A DNA stretch of 64,000 nucleotides, taken from NCBI GenBank assembly GCA_013265495.1, contig MU059972.1, positions 1,369,525 to 1,433,524 of the forward strand, written 5' to 3'. The position numbers and the translations under genes were made by a program. The notes under the pieces are model-generated. The model made no database searches, had not been told where the DNA came from, and was given only the letters and a program-made list of their open reading frames with translations. Within the stretch, counting starts at the first letter, position 1; every line of letters begins with the position of its first letter. Shown in pieces: positions 36,601-48,667 of the stretch. The stretch is from Vicugna vicugna. Taxonomy: Eukaryota.

Positions 36601-39600
36601 GACTCAAGCCCGGCCAATGAGAGCCGAGGGGGTCTTCGGAGCCAGGTTAGGAGGGAACCTCTCCCGCCCGCAGTGTGCGGGGACAGGTGAGCCCGGGCCT
36701 GCGGTCCTCGGGCGGGCGGGCACGGGGAGCAAGGCCCACGGTGGGAGAAGCCAGGCCCCAGGCCTCTAGCCGGGCCTCTGAGTGCAGCTGCGCCGGACGA
36801 GCGAGGCTCTTTCTTGCTCCCGTCAGCGTGGTTTCAGTGTCTGCCCCTTGTTTCCAGACAAGCAGACAGAAGGGACCGGACTGAGGAGAAGCAGAAAGGA
36901 GGCAGCTGGGGGGTCTCTGCCTCAGCTTTACTCTTCGCTCAAACGTGGTCCCGTGGTAGGCGCGGCTGCACAGCCCGGGCGGGATGGAGGGGGGACGGTG
37001 GCAGTGCCGATCAGCTTGACCCACGAAGACTGGCAGGCAGAGCGCGGCGCTGCGGGGCTCTCAGACCCCTCCTCCGGAGAGCGGGCCCTTCCGAGTGTGT
37101 GGCTGGCGGACTGCTGGTAAATGCTGGGTGACTGGCTCTCTAGGTCTGGGAGGCGGGGCAGGAGAGCATGATGTGCAGTGTCCGCCACCTTCCGCGGTGT
37201 AAACACTCCCGCACGGACGCTTCAGGCTCCCAGTGCAGTCACCGCCCATCAGCTGGGAGGAGGTGCTCGCAGGCGGTTCCCAGGAGCCCACCAGAGCTAG
37301 TCCCAGTCACCGCTGGTCCTTGCCCCCTTCCCTCCCAGCCCTGCTGCCTTCTCTGTGTTGGTTAAGACTCCTTTTTGGTTGCACGTGGCTGAAACTCAAA
37401 TTACCTTCAGCAACGAAGAGGGAAACTTATTGGCTCAGATCCTGAAACGTCCAGGCATGGCTGGGTCAGACTGTCCCTCGCTCAGCTCTGCCTTCCTCTG
37501 GGGGGATTTGTACCCAGCAGGGGTTCCCAGATGGGGTCGCTTCCCAGGAGAGTGGCACCGAGGGCAGCGTCTCTGTCCCCACGACTGCAGCACCGACCCA
37601 GGCTGCTGGTCATCACCCCGCTTCGGTCACTCGTGTAAAGCAAGGCCGCCGCAGTGACCGAGGGTGAGCCCGCCTGGAGCAAGAGGGACCGAGAAGGGAG
37701 GGCCACAGGGGTGCTGTTCCCAGAAGAGAGGCACACCCATGCTCTCCTGGGAGCCCCCCATTTGCTGTTGAATCTGAACTGACCTCACCCACCCTGATTC
37801 TGGTCACCCTCAAATTCAGGGCTTTCTCTGCCCTATTGCAGCCAGGCCTCTGCACTGACCTGGTCCTGACCCCCACTTTTTGGCTCCTCCACCACCTTCT
37901 CAATCTGGTTCAAAATGACCGCCCCCCACTGCCCTGCACAGTCTGAAAGAATTATCTGGGTGTCTCTCCCGGGCCGTATAAATTAGTTGGATAATCCCCT
38001 CCATGGCTTAGGTCCACACAAGCCAATCTGGTTTCACTTTACTTGTCATTTCCCCAAAAGCCCAGTTTCCTCTTTCTCTCCTGCTCAGTTTCACATGGCC
38101 ACCCCCCATCTCCAGCCTGCAGCCCCCTCTGTCAGATTTTCTGTCTCCTTTGTTCACCTCCAATAGAAACTGGGAGCTGCTGGGAGCAAAGGAAATAGAA
38201 ATTGCAGCTGAAAGATGGGAAGAACACAAAAAAGTTTTGCAGTAAAAAATGAAAATAGTGAGGCAGTCCCATAATTTTAAAAACACCCAAAAAACCCTGC
38301 ATAGATGGGAAAGGAAGAGCCCCAGGAGCAGAAAGGATATGAGTGGAGAAGGCAGATGGGGCAGATGTCATTTTGCACAGAATGTGGTCCCTCTGGTCAG
38401 GTCGTGCCGACAGGTGAGCACCAGGAACTCGGAGGGAACCAGAGCTGGGGACCGAGGGCATTCCCGTCCGCATCTGTCCAGTGTCTCCAGCGGGAGGGAC
38501 AGGAGTACTGGGACATTGAAGCCAGGCAGAGATGATGAACATCAGAGGTGGAGGTGGCAGCTCTTCTCAAGGAATGTGAGGGCTGACCGGCCAGAGGAAG
38601 GGCTGGGGGGAGACGCTTGCAGGAGGGGAGGGGGCGGAAAGGAAGACAGCACCAGCCCCACACGGACCCGTGGTCGTGCTCCACGGACCCCTCACTGGTG
38701 AGGCCCCCTCGCCCCAGCACGCGGGTATCCTTGTCCTGGAGGGGTGGTGCCGCTCCTTCCACCACGTGGGCAGCGCAGGTGCAGAAAGCAGGATGGAAGG
38801 TCAAGGGCCAGAGGCCACAGATGGATCCTGCTGCTTCTTGAGGAGACGCCTGTGTTCTCGAAGTCAGGTCCTAAACTACTACCAGTAGTGATGGTCATCG
38901 CTGCTGCCAGGTGCTCTGAGTGTCCATACGGGGCAAATAAGTGTGCGAATCAGGGTCCACATTTCAGGGCACTGAATTCTCACGGTAACCCCCAGAGGTG
39001 GGTAAATATCCCCATGTCCGGGAAGAGGACCTCCATATCCAGTATTCGAACTGCAGGCTGTTTCTAAATCCCACTCCCTGCCATCCACAGAAAAGCAAAG
39101 AAGCCAACACCGTAGGGCTGAGTCCTGGGAGCTCAGATGCCCAGTTGACCCCCTCCCACCCACTTGGCCGTGTGGAGTCAGTAGCCCAGCAGATGGAAGG
39201 ACCCTCCTCCGTTGGGGGCAGCTCATCTTCCTCCTGAAGGGCTCAGGGAACAGGGAGCACAGCGTGGTGGTCAGGGCTCAGCTCTGGAGCCGCGTGGCGT
39301 GAGCGTGTCTGCTGACCTCTCTGACCCTCAGTCTCCTCTTCTATAAGCTGAAGTCTGATACCCACTCAGTGGGAGGAGTGGAACAGGCCCGTGTGCAGTG
39401 GGAGGAGTGAGCATTCAATCCAGTTCCATCAGTGAGATGGTCAAAACGCGGCAGGGCTGTGCTCTGCTCCTGGGTCCCGCCAGAGGGAGTACAGAGGCGG
39501 CACGGAGGCGGCACTGGCCAGGCCTCTCGCTTTCTGACCGCAGAGGACTCTGTTTGCGTGATCCTGTCCATCAGCTGCAGGAGGTAAAGTGGAAACTGCA

Positions 39601-41226
39601 AGCCTGGGGGCCCCATGGCAACTGGTGAGCAGCCTTCCTGAAGGGTCACTCTCGCAGGGATGCTAACAGGCCCTGGCTATGGCTCCTTCCAGCACCAAAG
39701 TGAATTGTAAGCCACGTGTGAAGTGAAGCCAGTCATGGCCTTTGATCATCTAAATGACCACTGATAATGAGTCCCAGTGCCAGCAGGGCAGGTCCTGCGC
39801 CCGAGTCCCTGAGCACCGTTCTCCAGTGTCTGCTCCTGGAGGGGACGCATACTCGCAGACCGGTGTGGCTTTGGAGTTCACAAAGCTCACAGATTCTCTT
39901 CCATCAGTCGGGGATCTTTGGCCAAAACACCTGTCTCCAGCACACAGGCCAAAAGGGAGATGCCCAGAAGAATTTGGAGGGTCCCTGCTGGAAGGGCAGG
40001 CTGAAGGTGGGCCCTGGAGCCAGGTCAGGAACTGCTTTGCACCCATGCGGTCCCAGGAGATCCTTCTCTCTGGCCGGGTCAGGTGAGGGGCCTGAGGTGG
40101 GCGTGAGCTGGTGGTTCCCAGACTTGCACGGGGGAAGACAGGTTCTAGGAAGGGAACCCTGTGCTCTCAGGAAGGCGACTGTGGCTACTGGGTCCAGAGA
40201 AGACACCTTGACCAGGAAGAAGGGACACGATTGTCACATTTTTATCCTGGGCAGTTACTTTTCACTGCAAATTTGTAAACTGGCAATACGGCTCCTACAA
40301 CTGTATGTTTTCTACCTCCATTCCTTGTTCGCTATTTCTTCCCTTAAGTTCTGGGTGTGAGTATGTTTGGGGGAAGGTGTTATTTTGGAGGTTGGTGAGG
40401 TGTGGTTCTCTGAGCCTGTCCCCTCGCCCAGTCCGTGAAAGGATAATCCCCACCTAGGAAAGCGCTCTTCCCTCGACAGCCCAGGAAGCCATGTCAGTCC
40501 CTCCCGGCCCCCAGCACCAGCCAGGCTAAGGTCACTGGCCCCTCCGTCCCCAGCTGCACTCCCACCGCCCATTCTCCGGCCACATGGCCTGGCTTCAAAC
40601 CCAGAGCCAACCAGTGATGGCCCCAGAGTTCAGCTCCCCCAGAGCAGCCTGCCCTCACTTGTTTCTGGCCTTCAGAGTCCTGGGGGTGAGGCTGTGCCCC
40701 TCAGGCCCTGAGAGCACGCTGGCCGCCTGCCTTCTCAGAGTGACAAAGACCCTCCTGATGCAGAGAACACACGGAGAGCCTTCGCCCTGGTGCGGAGGGT
40801 GTCAGAACGTGAGCTGAATCCCACAGAGTCCTGAGAACAGGCGGGTGCTCAGCGTGCCGTGTTATTTGCCGGTTTGATTCATTACAACATCTCCAACTGC
40901 TCTTGTGCTTATTTTAAGCCTTAAAACAGCCGTGCCTGCCGACAGCTGGCTCATCTCGGTGACAGCCCCAAACTGCAAATAGACGGCCGTCATCAGCTCT
41001 GTGGTGAGAACAGGGACCGTGGGGTCTGGGCTCGGAGTCGGCCTCCGATGCTGTCCATCCTCAGGGACCAACTCCCCTGTTATGTCTCGATGCAGCCGCC
41101 ATGGAGACCTTGGGGTTCACGGTGCCGGGGCGACGGTCCGTGAACACCCCGCTGGCGGAGGCATCTGGGGCTGACAAGCTAAAGACCCCCTTTTCACAGA
41201 TTGAGCTTATCTTTTTAACCTGCTTT

Positions 41227-41358
41227 ACTTTTATTTTATTTTATTTTGGAGGGAGGTAATTAGGTGTTTTGTTTTTCTTTTAATGGAGGTACTGGGGATT
41301 GATCCTAGGACCTCGTGCATGCTAAGCACATGCTCTAACACTGAGCTTACCCACCCCC
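41227..41358 (-). mobile_element. tRNA-Ala-derived SINE, camelid Vic-1-like
   Basis: The minus strand reads GGGGGTGGGTAAGCTCAGTGTTAGAGCATGTGCTTAGCATGCACGAGGTCCTAGGATCAATCCCCAGTACCTCCATTAAA...CCTAATTACCTCCC followed by an A-rich tail. The target-site duplication is AACCTG(C/T)TTT at 41217-41226 and 41359-41368, with an L1-endonuclease TTTT/A site. Confidence 0.85.
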
Positions 41359-41559
41359 AACCTGTTTTATTGAAGGGAATTACCCTGACACCACCTTCTC
41401 ATTATAGAAAGTCACTTTGAGATGATTTTATTCAGAGCTGCAGCCTTAAACTGGGCTCTTAACTTTTGGGGCAGGAAAAGCCAAAAGTTTAGCTTGAATC
41501 CTGCCATGAAAGCTAAGGGGCTGGACCTTCGAGCAGGCCTGGGTAGGGGGCACTGGGTG

Positions 41560-41720
41560 ACCCGGGACAGGTGACTTAACTCTTCTAAGTCTCAGTCTCC
41601 CCATCTCAAAAGTGGGATGGCAGTGAGTGCTGGAAGGGTTGCTGTGAGGAGCGGTCCCTGGGGAAGGCAGGGTGCTTTGCATGACGCCCAGTGTAGCAGG
41701 CATTCAGCGAACGCTGGCTT
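41560..41720 (+). mobile_element. MIR in CA5A intron 2
   Basis: GTGACTTAACTCTTCTAAGTCTCAGTCTCCCCATCTCAAAAGTGGGATG. Confidence 0.7.
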
Positions 41721-43397
41721 GTCAGTTAGGAGCCTCCACAGCTCATGCTGACCATCAGGCAAGACCCTTTACTCCTTTGTCAGTCCCTTCATCCCACAGC
41801 AGAGACAGGCCATGGCTGCTGGCTTTTTGTCCTTTGGGTGCACCCTGAATACCAGACACTCTGCTAAGGACTTTGTCCTTAATCCTTGCAATGTCCTTGT
41901 CAATCAGGCACTAGGATCCACCCCATTTAACCGGCAGGGAGACTGAGACTGGGAGCAGTTCAGTAATTGGACTGCGATCACTGCGTTTGGAGGCGACGGT
42001 GCCACCCCTGACCCCGAGCACACCCCTGACCACCTACAGAAAGGGCGGTAAGACACTGTCCTCCGGTTTTTAAATAATGACACTGGCTGGTGACTGTCTC
42101 TGCCGGTCCATCTGATTTTAGAGACACTGTTCTAGAGAGTCTTCTGTTCCAGACTTCAAAGAGGCTGGTGGTGTTTAAATCAACAGCTGTGTATGTTTGT
42201 ACAAGGAGCTCCCGTTGCGTCAGTCCCCGCCGGCTTCTTGCGCTCTTTCTCTTCTCCTGAAATGCGTTTCAAGGAGTGGTGCTCACGGACACCAGAATGC
42301 CCGATTCCAGGTGCACCCGCCCCGCCAGGGGAGCCGCTGCAGCCCTGCCGGGGCTTGTGGGCTCTGCTGCCGCTCACCTCCGTGCTCTTCTCCTCATCTG
42401 CGTTTGCAGGTCCCAGAGGATCCAGGGGCAGCAGCCTTTGGGGGGTTGTTATGAGTTTGCTAGGTCCCAGCCCGGGGTGGCCGCTGCCGTTCACTTACAA
42501 ATGACCAGATGTCGGCTAGAAGGTGGGGAGGAGCAGCCCCACTGAGAGGAACATTCTTCCTGGCAGGCGGAGGACCTGGATTCCAAAGCCAGCGCTCCAT
42601 CCACATTCTCTTCCTTAAACGGGTGGACGGTGGACGGGCGGGCTGCTCTCTTTAGGAAGCAGAGGGGGGTGGGGTGGGGTGGGGGGATGCAGGGAGGCTG
42701 CTTTCACGGAGAATTCTGGGGGGAGCTGGATGTGGGGAGAGCGTGGAGCCCTGGTCCCTAGACTCCAGTCCTGCCCGGAGAGTGACCTTGGGAAAGCCTT
42801 TGGAACCCTGCAGCTCTTCACCTGCCAGAGGAGGGAGCGATGCTCATGTGCCCAGTCCCCTCCCATCCCAGCAGCGCCCCATTCCCTGTTCTCTCTGTTG
42901 TTGGCAACAGTGGGGAGTGGTTTTTCCAGGAGGCTATTTTTGGTGGGGTTTGGCTGACTTGCAGCCAGTGGTGGGTTTGTGCCCCGGGCAGTTGGTGTCG
43001 CTATTTCTGAAGGCCTTATGTGGTGTCCACGCAGAGTCCCAAGATGCTTGAGCTGGAGGGAACCCTCTCTTCTTTAACAGGTGCCAGGTTACGTGACGTG
43101 GGGCCCCAGCATCAGCGGTTGGCCTTGCTGCTGTCTGACTGCACAGCATGGGGTCACGATCTCAGTTCATCCTGCCAGCCCGCCTCATTCCCCCGCTGGG
43201 CAGCCTGAGGCTCCCAGAGGCTGACCAATGTGCTCAAGGTCACACAGCAATGGGCTCATCCGTGCATCTTAGCGGCACGTGGCGCCTGCTGCCTGGGGCT
43301 GCAGACTCGCTTCCCACAGGCAGAAGAGTGGGACCACCAAACCACTGCCTGCGTTTGGAGGTTGTGTCTCTTCCTTAGATGCTGTTTTGTCCTTTGA

Positions 43398-43460
43398 AGG
43401 ACACAGTGGAAAAGGCACGGGTTTGGGCGTTGAACCTGGGTTCGAATCCTAGCTCCCGTG
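43398..43460 (+). mobile_element. MIR 5' head with an intact Pol III B-box
   Basis: CAGTGGAAAAGGCACGGG...CCTGGGTTCGAATCCTAGCTC; the B-box GGTTCGAATCC is at 43439-43449. Confidence 0.6.
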
Positions 43461-43722
43461 ACCGGGATTACCAGCATCCTCGTAACCTCTCCTAATGAAT
43501 TAAAAAACAGCTCAAAGCTACAAAGGCCAGCTGGCTGCAGCATCCTCACCCCTCGAAGGGAAAACTCACCCCCTGTATTTTCAGCCTCAGAGAATCTCCA
43601 GTGAAGTCCTGCAGTTTGAACGCAGTAGGGAGGCTCTCTGTGCTGCTGGCCGGTGGGCCCAGGCTCCTGGATCTACTGTGCTTTATATACTGGCTGGGGG
43701 AAGATACTCCTGTGTATGTTTT

Positions 43723-43846
43723 GGGGGAGGGGATGATTAGGTTTGTTTACCTACTTAGTAATTTTTTAGCGGAGGCACTGGGGATTGAGCCCAGGACTTG
43801 TGCATGCTAAGCACGCGTTCTGTCACTGACCTAGACCCGCCTCCCT
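43723..43846 (-). mobile_element. Second tRNA-Ala-derived Vic-1-like SINE
   Basis: Same head (GTGCTTAGCATGCACAAGTCCTGGGCTCAATCCCCAGTGCCTCC) and CCTAATCATCCCC tail. The TSD is CTGTGT(A/G)TGTTTT at 43710-43722 and 43847-43859. Confidence 0.85.
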
Positions 43847-45017
43847 CTGTGTGTGTTTTTAAATTGAGATGTAATGTGTCAGGAGAACAAAGCCATAGAC
43901 CTCCTGACGAGGTGGCTGTGCTGACATGCTAGGCCAGCACGCTCCCTTTCGAGTGCAGACAGACAGGATTCAGGACTTGATCGGGGGTGGAATCACGAAC
44001 TGGATCTGTTTTCTGTTTTATGCTTCAATGCCCTCTGCTGCCAGCGCCTTTAGTGGCGAAAACCAAACAGAGGACTCTGCCAGCCAGGCGTTCTGGACAC
44101 TCTCAGCAGCCTCCTTCACAGCTGACATGTCTTCCCTGCTTTTGCCGCGTCAAGGAGCTGCTGCCCCAGGACCCCACACCTTCGTTCTGCCGGTGTCTTC
44201 CCGAGCTGTCCCAGCCACCCCACTGTCACACCACGCTCACCTCAGTCACAAGCAAGATGTCCGGCCATTACCGCTGTATTTGTAGCACTTGGTGGTGGAA
44301 ATCTGTTAGCAAAGTGCAGCTGAGGAGGGCCCCCTCACAGCAGAGCCCCTGGGAGCTCGTTCAGATGCAGACTCCCAGCCCTGGCCTTGGGCCTGTGGGG
44401 ACGGGGCCCACCACACCCCAGTTCAGAGCCAGAGTTCCCCATGACACATCCTCAGGGCTGAGCCTGAGCGTCATGCTAACAGCTCCTGGGGAAGCCTCTC
44501 TGGGGATTCGGGGCGACTTGGAAAGGACAGTTCCAATCAAAGCGGCCCTATAGTGAGACTGGACTGACTGTATCTCAGAATTCGTTTCTTTGAACATCTT
44601 GCTCATTACATATCTGCTAATGAAATTATTTGGTGCTGTGGTTTAATCTGATATTCTGTCATTCAAAAGCCATCTTTTTAATTTTTTTTTTAATTAAAGG
44701 AAAGTCTGAAAATCCGACAGCCCTGGCGTGCCCCTCAGAAGTGGTTTTCTTTGCCTTGTTGCCGCCCAGGGGGGTTGGGGCCCTACCACTGCCAGTGGCA
44801 GCACGGGCGCCTGCACGGCTCAGGTGTTCACTGTGAGCAGCTGGGGGCCCTCGGGGCCAGGTGATGGGGACAGTTGAGGTCCCCCCTGTCAGTTTGTCAT
44901 TTCAGCAGGACAGCAGTCTCTTGAGAGAGAAATCATGCGACCTCAGTGTAAGTGTCACAGCACCACTGCAGGTCAACAAAGAGACTAACACACAGCTCCC
45001 ACTGTTTCACATTGCAG

Positions 45018-45136
45018 GAGTGAGCGGCGGCCCCCTGGAAAATCTCTACAGACTAAAGCAGTTCCACTTCCACTGGGGAGCAGTGAACGAGTGGGGCTCA
45101 GAGCACGCGGTGGACGGCCACGTGTACCCCGCCGAG
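45018..45136 (+). CDS. CA5A: CA5A exon 3 (119 nt): [40 protein letters not shown]
   Basis: Contains zinc ligands His94/His96 (QFHFHW), Glu106 (GSEH) and Glu117 (CA II numbering). Acceptor cacattgcag, donor GAG|GTTCGC. Confidence 0.97.
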
Positions 45137-46062
45137 GTTCGCAGCATCATCCTAGCAGCCGGCATGTGGCGCTTCCCACGCGTCAGGCTCTATGGTCAAG
45201 TGATCAAGCCTCCTGGTTGCTCAGAAAGGAGAGGTTTCCTGGCACGTGGGACCCTCAGTGCTCACACCAGAGCAATTGGCCTCCTTGCCCATTAGACCTC
45301 ATGACTGTCCTAAAGGGAGGGTACTGTTAACACTTTCCCTGAACTGAAGAAGAGACTGAGGTTCTGAGTGGTATTGTAACTTGCCAGAATCAGACAGCTG
45401 GGATTCAAGAGCAGTCTGCTCTCAGCGCTCACTCAGCTGCGTGCTTGCTGGCCAATTGCGGACTAGCAGCTTCTTGCCCTTTGAGGCCCTCTATTGAGAA
45501 TAGAAAACCTTTCCAATAGAAATTATCTTCTTAAAACAAAGTGTTATTTGCAACATCCCAAAATGAGAGTCAGGAAAGGAAATGAGTAGGGATCGAGGTC
45601 AGGAGCTTGAGTTGTAGTCACTGGGGTGATGAGTGGTGCCTTACAGATGCCTCCCAGTATTTTACTATGAAATTTTTCCAGCATACAGAAAATGGGAAGA
45701 ACTATACACTGAGAACCCTTGCGTGTGCCACCTGGATCCAATGGTTAGCATTCTGCCGTATTCACTTTATTTCACTTCTGTCCACCCACCAGCTGCCCAC
45801 TTTTTAATGCATTTCAAGTTCTGGACTGTTTGTGTCGCTGCTGTGTGGAGGTAATACTATGGTTAAAACAGGACCAGAATCCAGTCAAACCAAGAAGTGG
45901 ACATCACTGTCATCACACAGCCAGAGGTGGCCTCTGGGGACAGTCCATAATCAGGGAGTTACATCTGTTGTTGCAATTGCACGCATTTTTACAAAGATGA
46001 CAAAAATGAAGAAACCTCATTTTGGCTTGCAACATGCTCACCTTCAGTGAGCCGCAGGCCTC

Positions 46063-46125
46063 TGGTCGTGGTCGCTGCGCGCCGGTACTCTGGTTGGTCG
46101 TGGTCGCTGCGCGCCTGTACCTGGT
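46063..46125. repeat. 32-bp tandem duplication, CpG-rich
   Basis: TGGTCGTGGTCGCTGCGCGCC(G/T)GTAC starts at both 46063 and 46095. Confidence 0.9.
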
Positions 46126-47282
46126 CTTTCATGAGCAGATGTGTCGACTGAGGAGGTGACTGCAGTCTATCAGCACTGGCGCAGGGTCAGCTTGGGACAC
46201 ACCAGGGGCTGTCCCCGATGCAGGCTGAGAAGGGGCTGCGGGGCCTCCCTGGCCATGCCTCTGGCCTGTGATGTTGGAATAAGTCATTCCTGTGGGGTTT
46301 GCAAGGCAAAGTCAGCTCCAGACGTGGGTCCTTGAGGGAGGGAGTTGGGGCTTAGGGCCCAGCCGGCCTTATTTCTGGAAGCGGGTGGGGGTTCCAGGTG
46401 GGCTGTGGGAGGCCAGGGAGAGCCCGGGCCACCTGCAGTGTCCCAGTGCACCTGGCCAGGAACACTGGGGCTTGTTGGGAGCAAGAGGCCACCTGGAGCC
46501 AAGTGGACCGCGCACCCCAGCAGAGCCCCTAGGCCCTGGGATCCAGCAGCTGCTGGGGGAGGCCTGGGGCCCTTCTGGGCCGAGTCCTCGTGGACTCGGG
46601 GCCTGGGTCACCATTCAGACAGGCCTCCACCACCATTCACACTGTAGCCAGAGAGATGAACGGACGCCCAGGCCCGTTCTCCGCTCTGAGCCCGACTCCG
46701 CACCTGCAGCCACATGCTTGCATCACACAGAACCCGGTGTCCAGCTCTGCCGCCCTCCTCGCCGGCAGCATGGCTCCTCGCCCCTGATTTAAATCCCTGT
46801 GGTCAGGCCAGTCCTGATGCCGAGTCTGGTTTAGGAAACTGTGGAGGGTGCAGGGGGAAAGAGGTGAGGTCCAGGGGAGGGGGAAGACTGAGGCAGGATG
46901 AATGCTATGGCGGGGGGCAGACTTTCATTAAAATTTCCTCATTGATTATGTGAAACTCAAATTTCACAGAGGCCTGTGTTTGATCTGGCAACCCTCGTTC
47001 TAGGATATCTGAGAGGTAGCCAGCCATCCCTGCACGCACTTCTGTTTTCTGAAGTTAAAGCGGGCCTCCCTTCTCCCCCCGCCCCCCCCAACCCCACTGG
47101 AAACACTGAGCCCCTGCTCTCAGTGGTTTGCTGAAGCATTTGGCTGCAAGCCGGCCGGCCGCCCCAAATTTATTAAAATCATTAAAATCATCAAAGGGGC
47201 ACAGACCAGCCGCACCGGAGGAGGGGCGGCTGCGGAACGTCTCGCTGCATCGAGCGGTGTGAATTCTCCCTCTGTGTTCCAG

Positions 47283-47378
47283 CTGCATCTGGTTCACTGG
47301 AACGCGGTGCGATACCAGAACTACCAGGAAGCCGTGACGGGAGAGGACGGCCTGGCTGTGCTGGGCGTGTTTTTGCAG
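47283..47378 (+). CDS. CA5A: CA5A exon 4 (96 nt): [32 protein letters not shown]
   Basis: Contains the third zinc ligand His119 (ELHLVHW), Tyr131 and the GLAVLGVF strand. Acceptor tgtgttccag, donor CAG|GTAAGC. Confidence 0.97.
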
Positions 47379-47469
47379 GTAAGCTTGCTGGGGCTCATTA
47401 GGAGAGCTGCCCTTTTTAAACACAGTCCACTGAGAATGACATGTGCCTGTCGCCCTTTCACACGAGCAG

Positions 47470-47532
47470 CTGGGGGCCCACCACCAGGCGCTGCAGGAGC
47501 TGGTGAGAGTCTTGCCCGGCATAAAGCACAAG
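47470..47532 (+). CDS. CA5A: CA5A exon 5 (63 nt): [21 protein letters not shown]
   Basis: Matches the recalled human [21 protein letters not shown]. Acceptor cacgagcag, donor AAG|GTGAGC. Confidence 0.95.
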
Positions 47533-48667
47533 GTGAGCTCTGGACTTTGGAATCAGCTTAACTGGAGAAGCAATATTGTTTAGAGCCGGGACTCCTTTGC
47601 AAGGAAACAAAAAATGTATAGTAGCAGGTTCCCAAAATTTACTCAGGCAGCATCTCGAAGGTGTTTGCCGTGTGCACTCGCCAGGGCAACTGTTAGTTAC
47701 TTAGTATTTTCATGAAATTGATCCACTTTAAAAAAAACTTCAGCCTTCTCTCAGACAACAGCAGCCACCAGTGATGACGTTTGTTTTAAAACCAACTGAA
47801 GTCTGTTCCCACCTATTCACACAGTTGGAGAGTGTTTGCCCAGGGGCCACCTGGCCCGCTAGCATGGGCCCCGTCCCAGGAGCACGGGGAGGCGGGGCTG
47901 GGGGTGAGGTCCCACAGGCACCCTGCCCACCCCACCCCCCATTAGCAAGGCCAACAAAGGCACTTTTCTCCAGTATCAGCTGGGAAAGGACTTTGACGGA
48001 GAAATGGAAATTCCTGAAAACTGCATTTATTTGTTTAGTACCAAACAGAAGGATTCCGGGAGGGAAGGGGTCACCGTGCGGTCCTTGGATGTGGGGGCGG
48101 AAAGGGCTCCGACCTGTCCTAACAATGGCGAGAGGGGCTCCAGATGGAAGCAGGGGGCCAGCCCTTCCTCGGCACTTCGAGGGGCTGTTTGATCTGTGAG
48201 GTGTCAACCTCCGGCCGGCCTCCTGGAACCAGACCAGGTGGCCCCCTGCTGCCCCGTCTGCCAGCTCAGGAACTTAGCAAGGTCGCGGTGCTGGGAGCAT
48301 CCGCTTTCTCACTGGTCCATGGCCAGAGTAAACCTGGAGGTTCCCCTCCCGCATCCACCTCCCACTGGTGTGGTCTCCACCTCTTGGTGGGAAAGAACAG
48401 AGCTGCTGGGGTGCTGACTGCTCAGGGGTCTGCTTGCCTCTGCAGGAGTCAGCGGGAGAGCCGGGGAAGCTGCCTGGGCCCAATTCCGGCCCTAACGCTC
48501 ATCTCTGGGCCTCAGTTTCCTCGCCTGAAAAATAAGAGTTAGAATCTTAAGAGAGGAGAGTCCTGCCTCAGAGGCAGGATTCTGCCTTGTGGTAGGAGGG
48601 TGATGGCTCGAGCCACTTGTCACAGTCCCGCAGCCCCCCAATACTGGGTTGACTTTTAAGATCTCCA

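Noticed and set aside
41283-41358. tRNA-Ala-like sequence
   Set aside because: Mutated B-box, SINE-specific tail and TSD make it a SINE, not a tRNA gene. The same applies to the copy near 43770-43845.
47464-47469. GAGCAG tandem (NAGNAG) acceptor at CA5A exon 5
   Set aside because: GAG is a poor acceptor, and use would add only one Gln.
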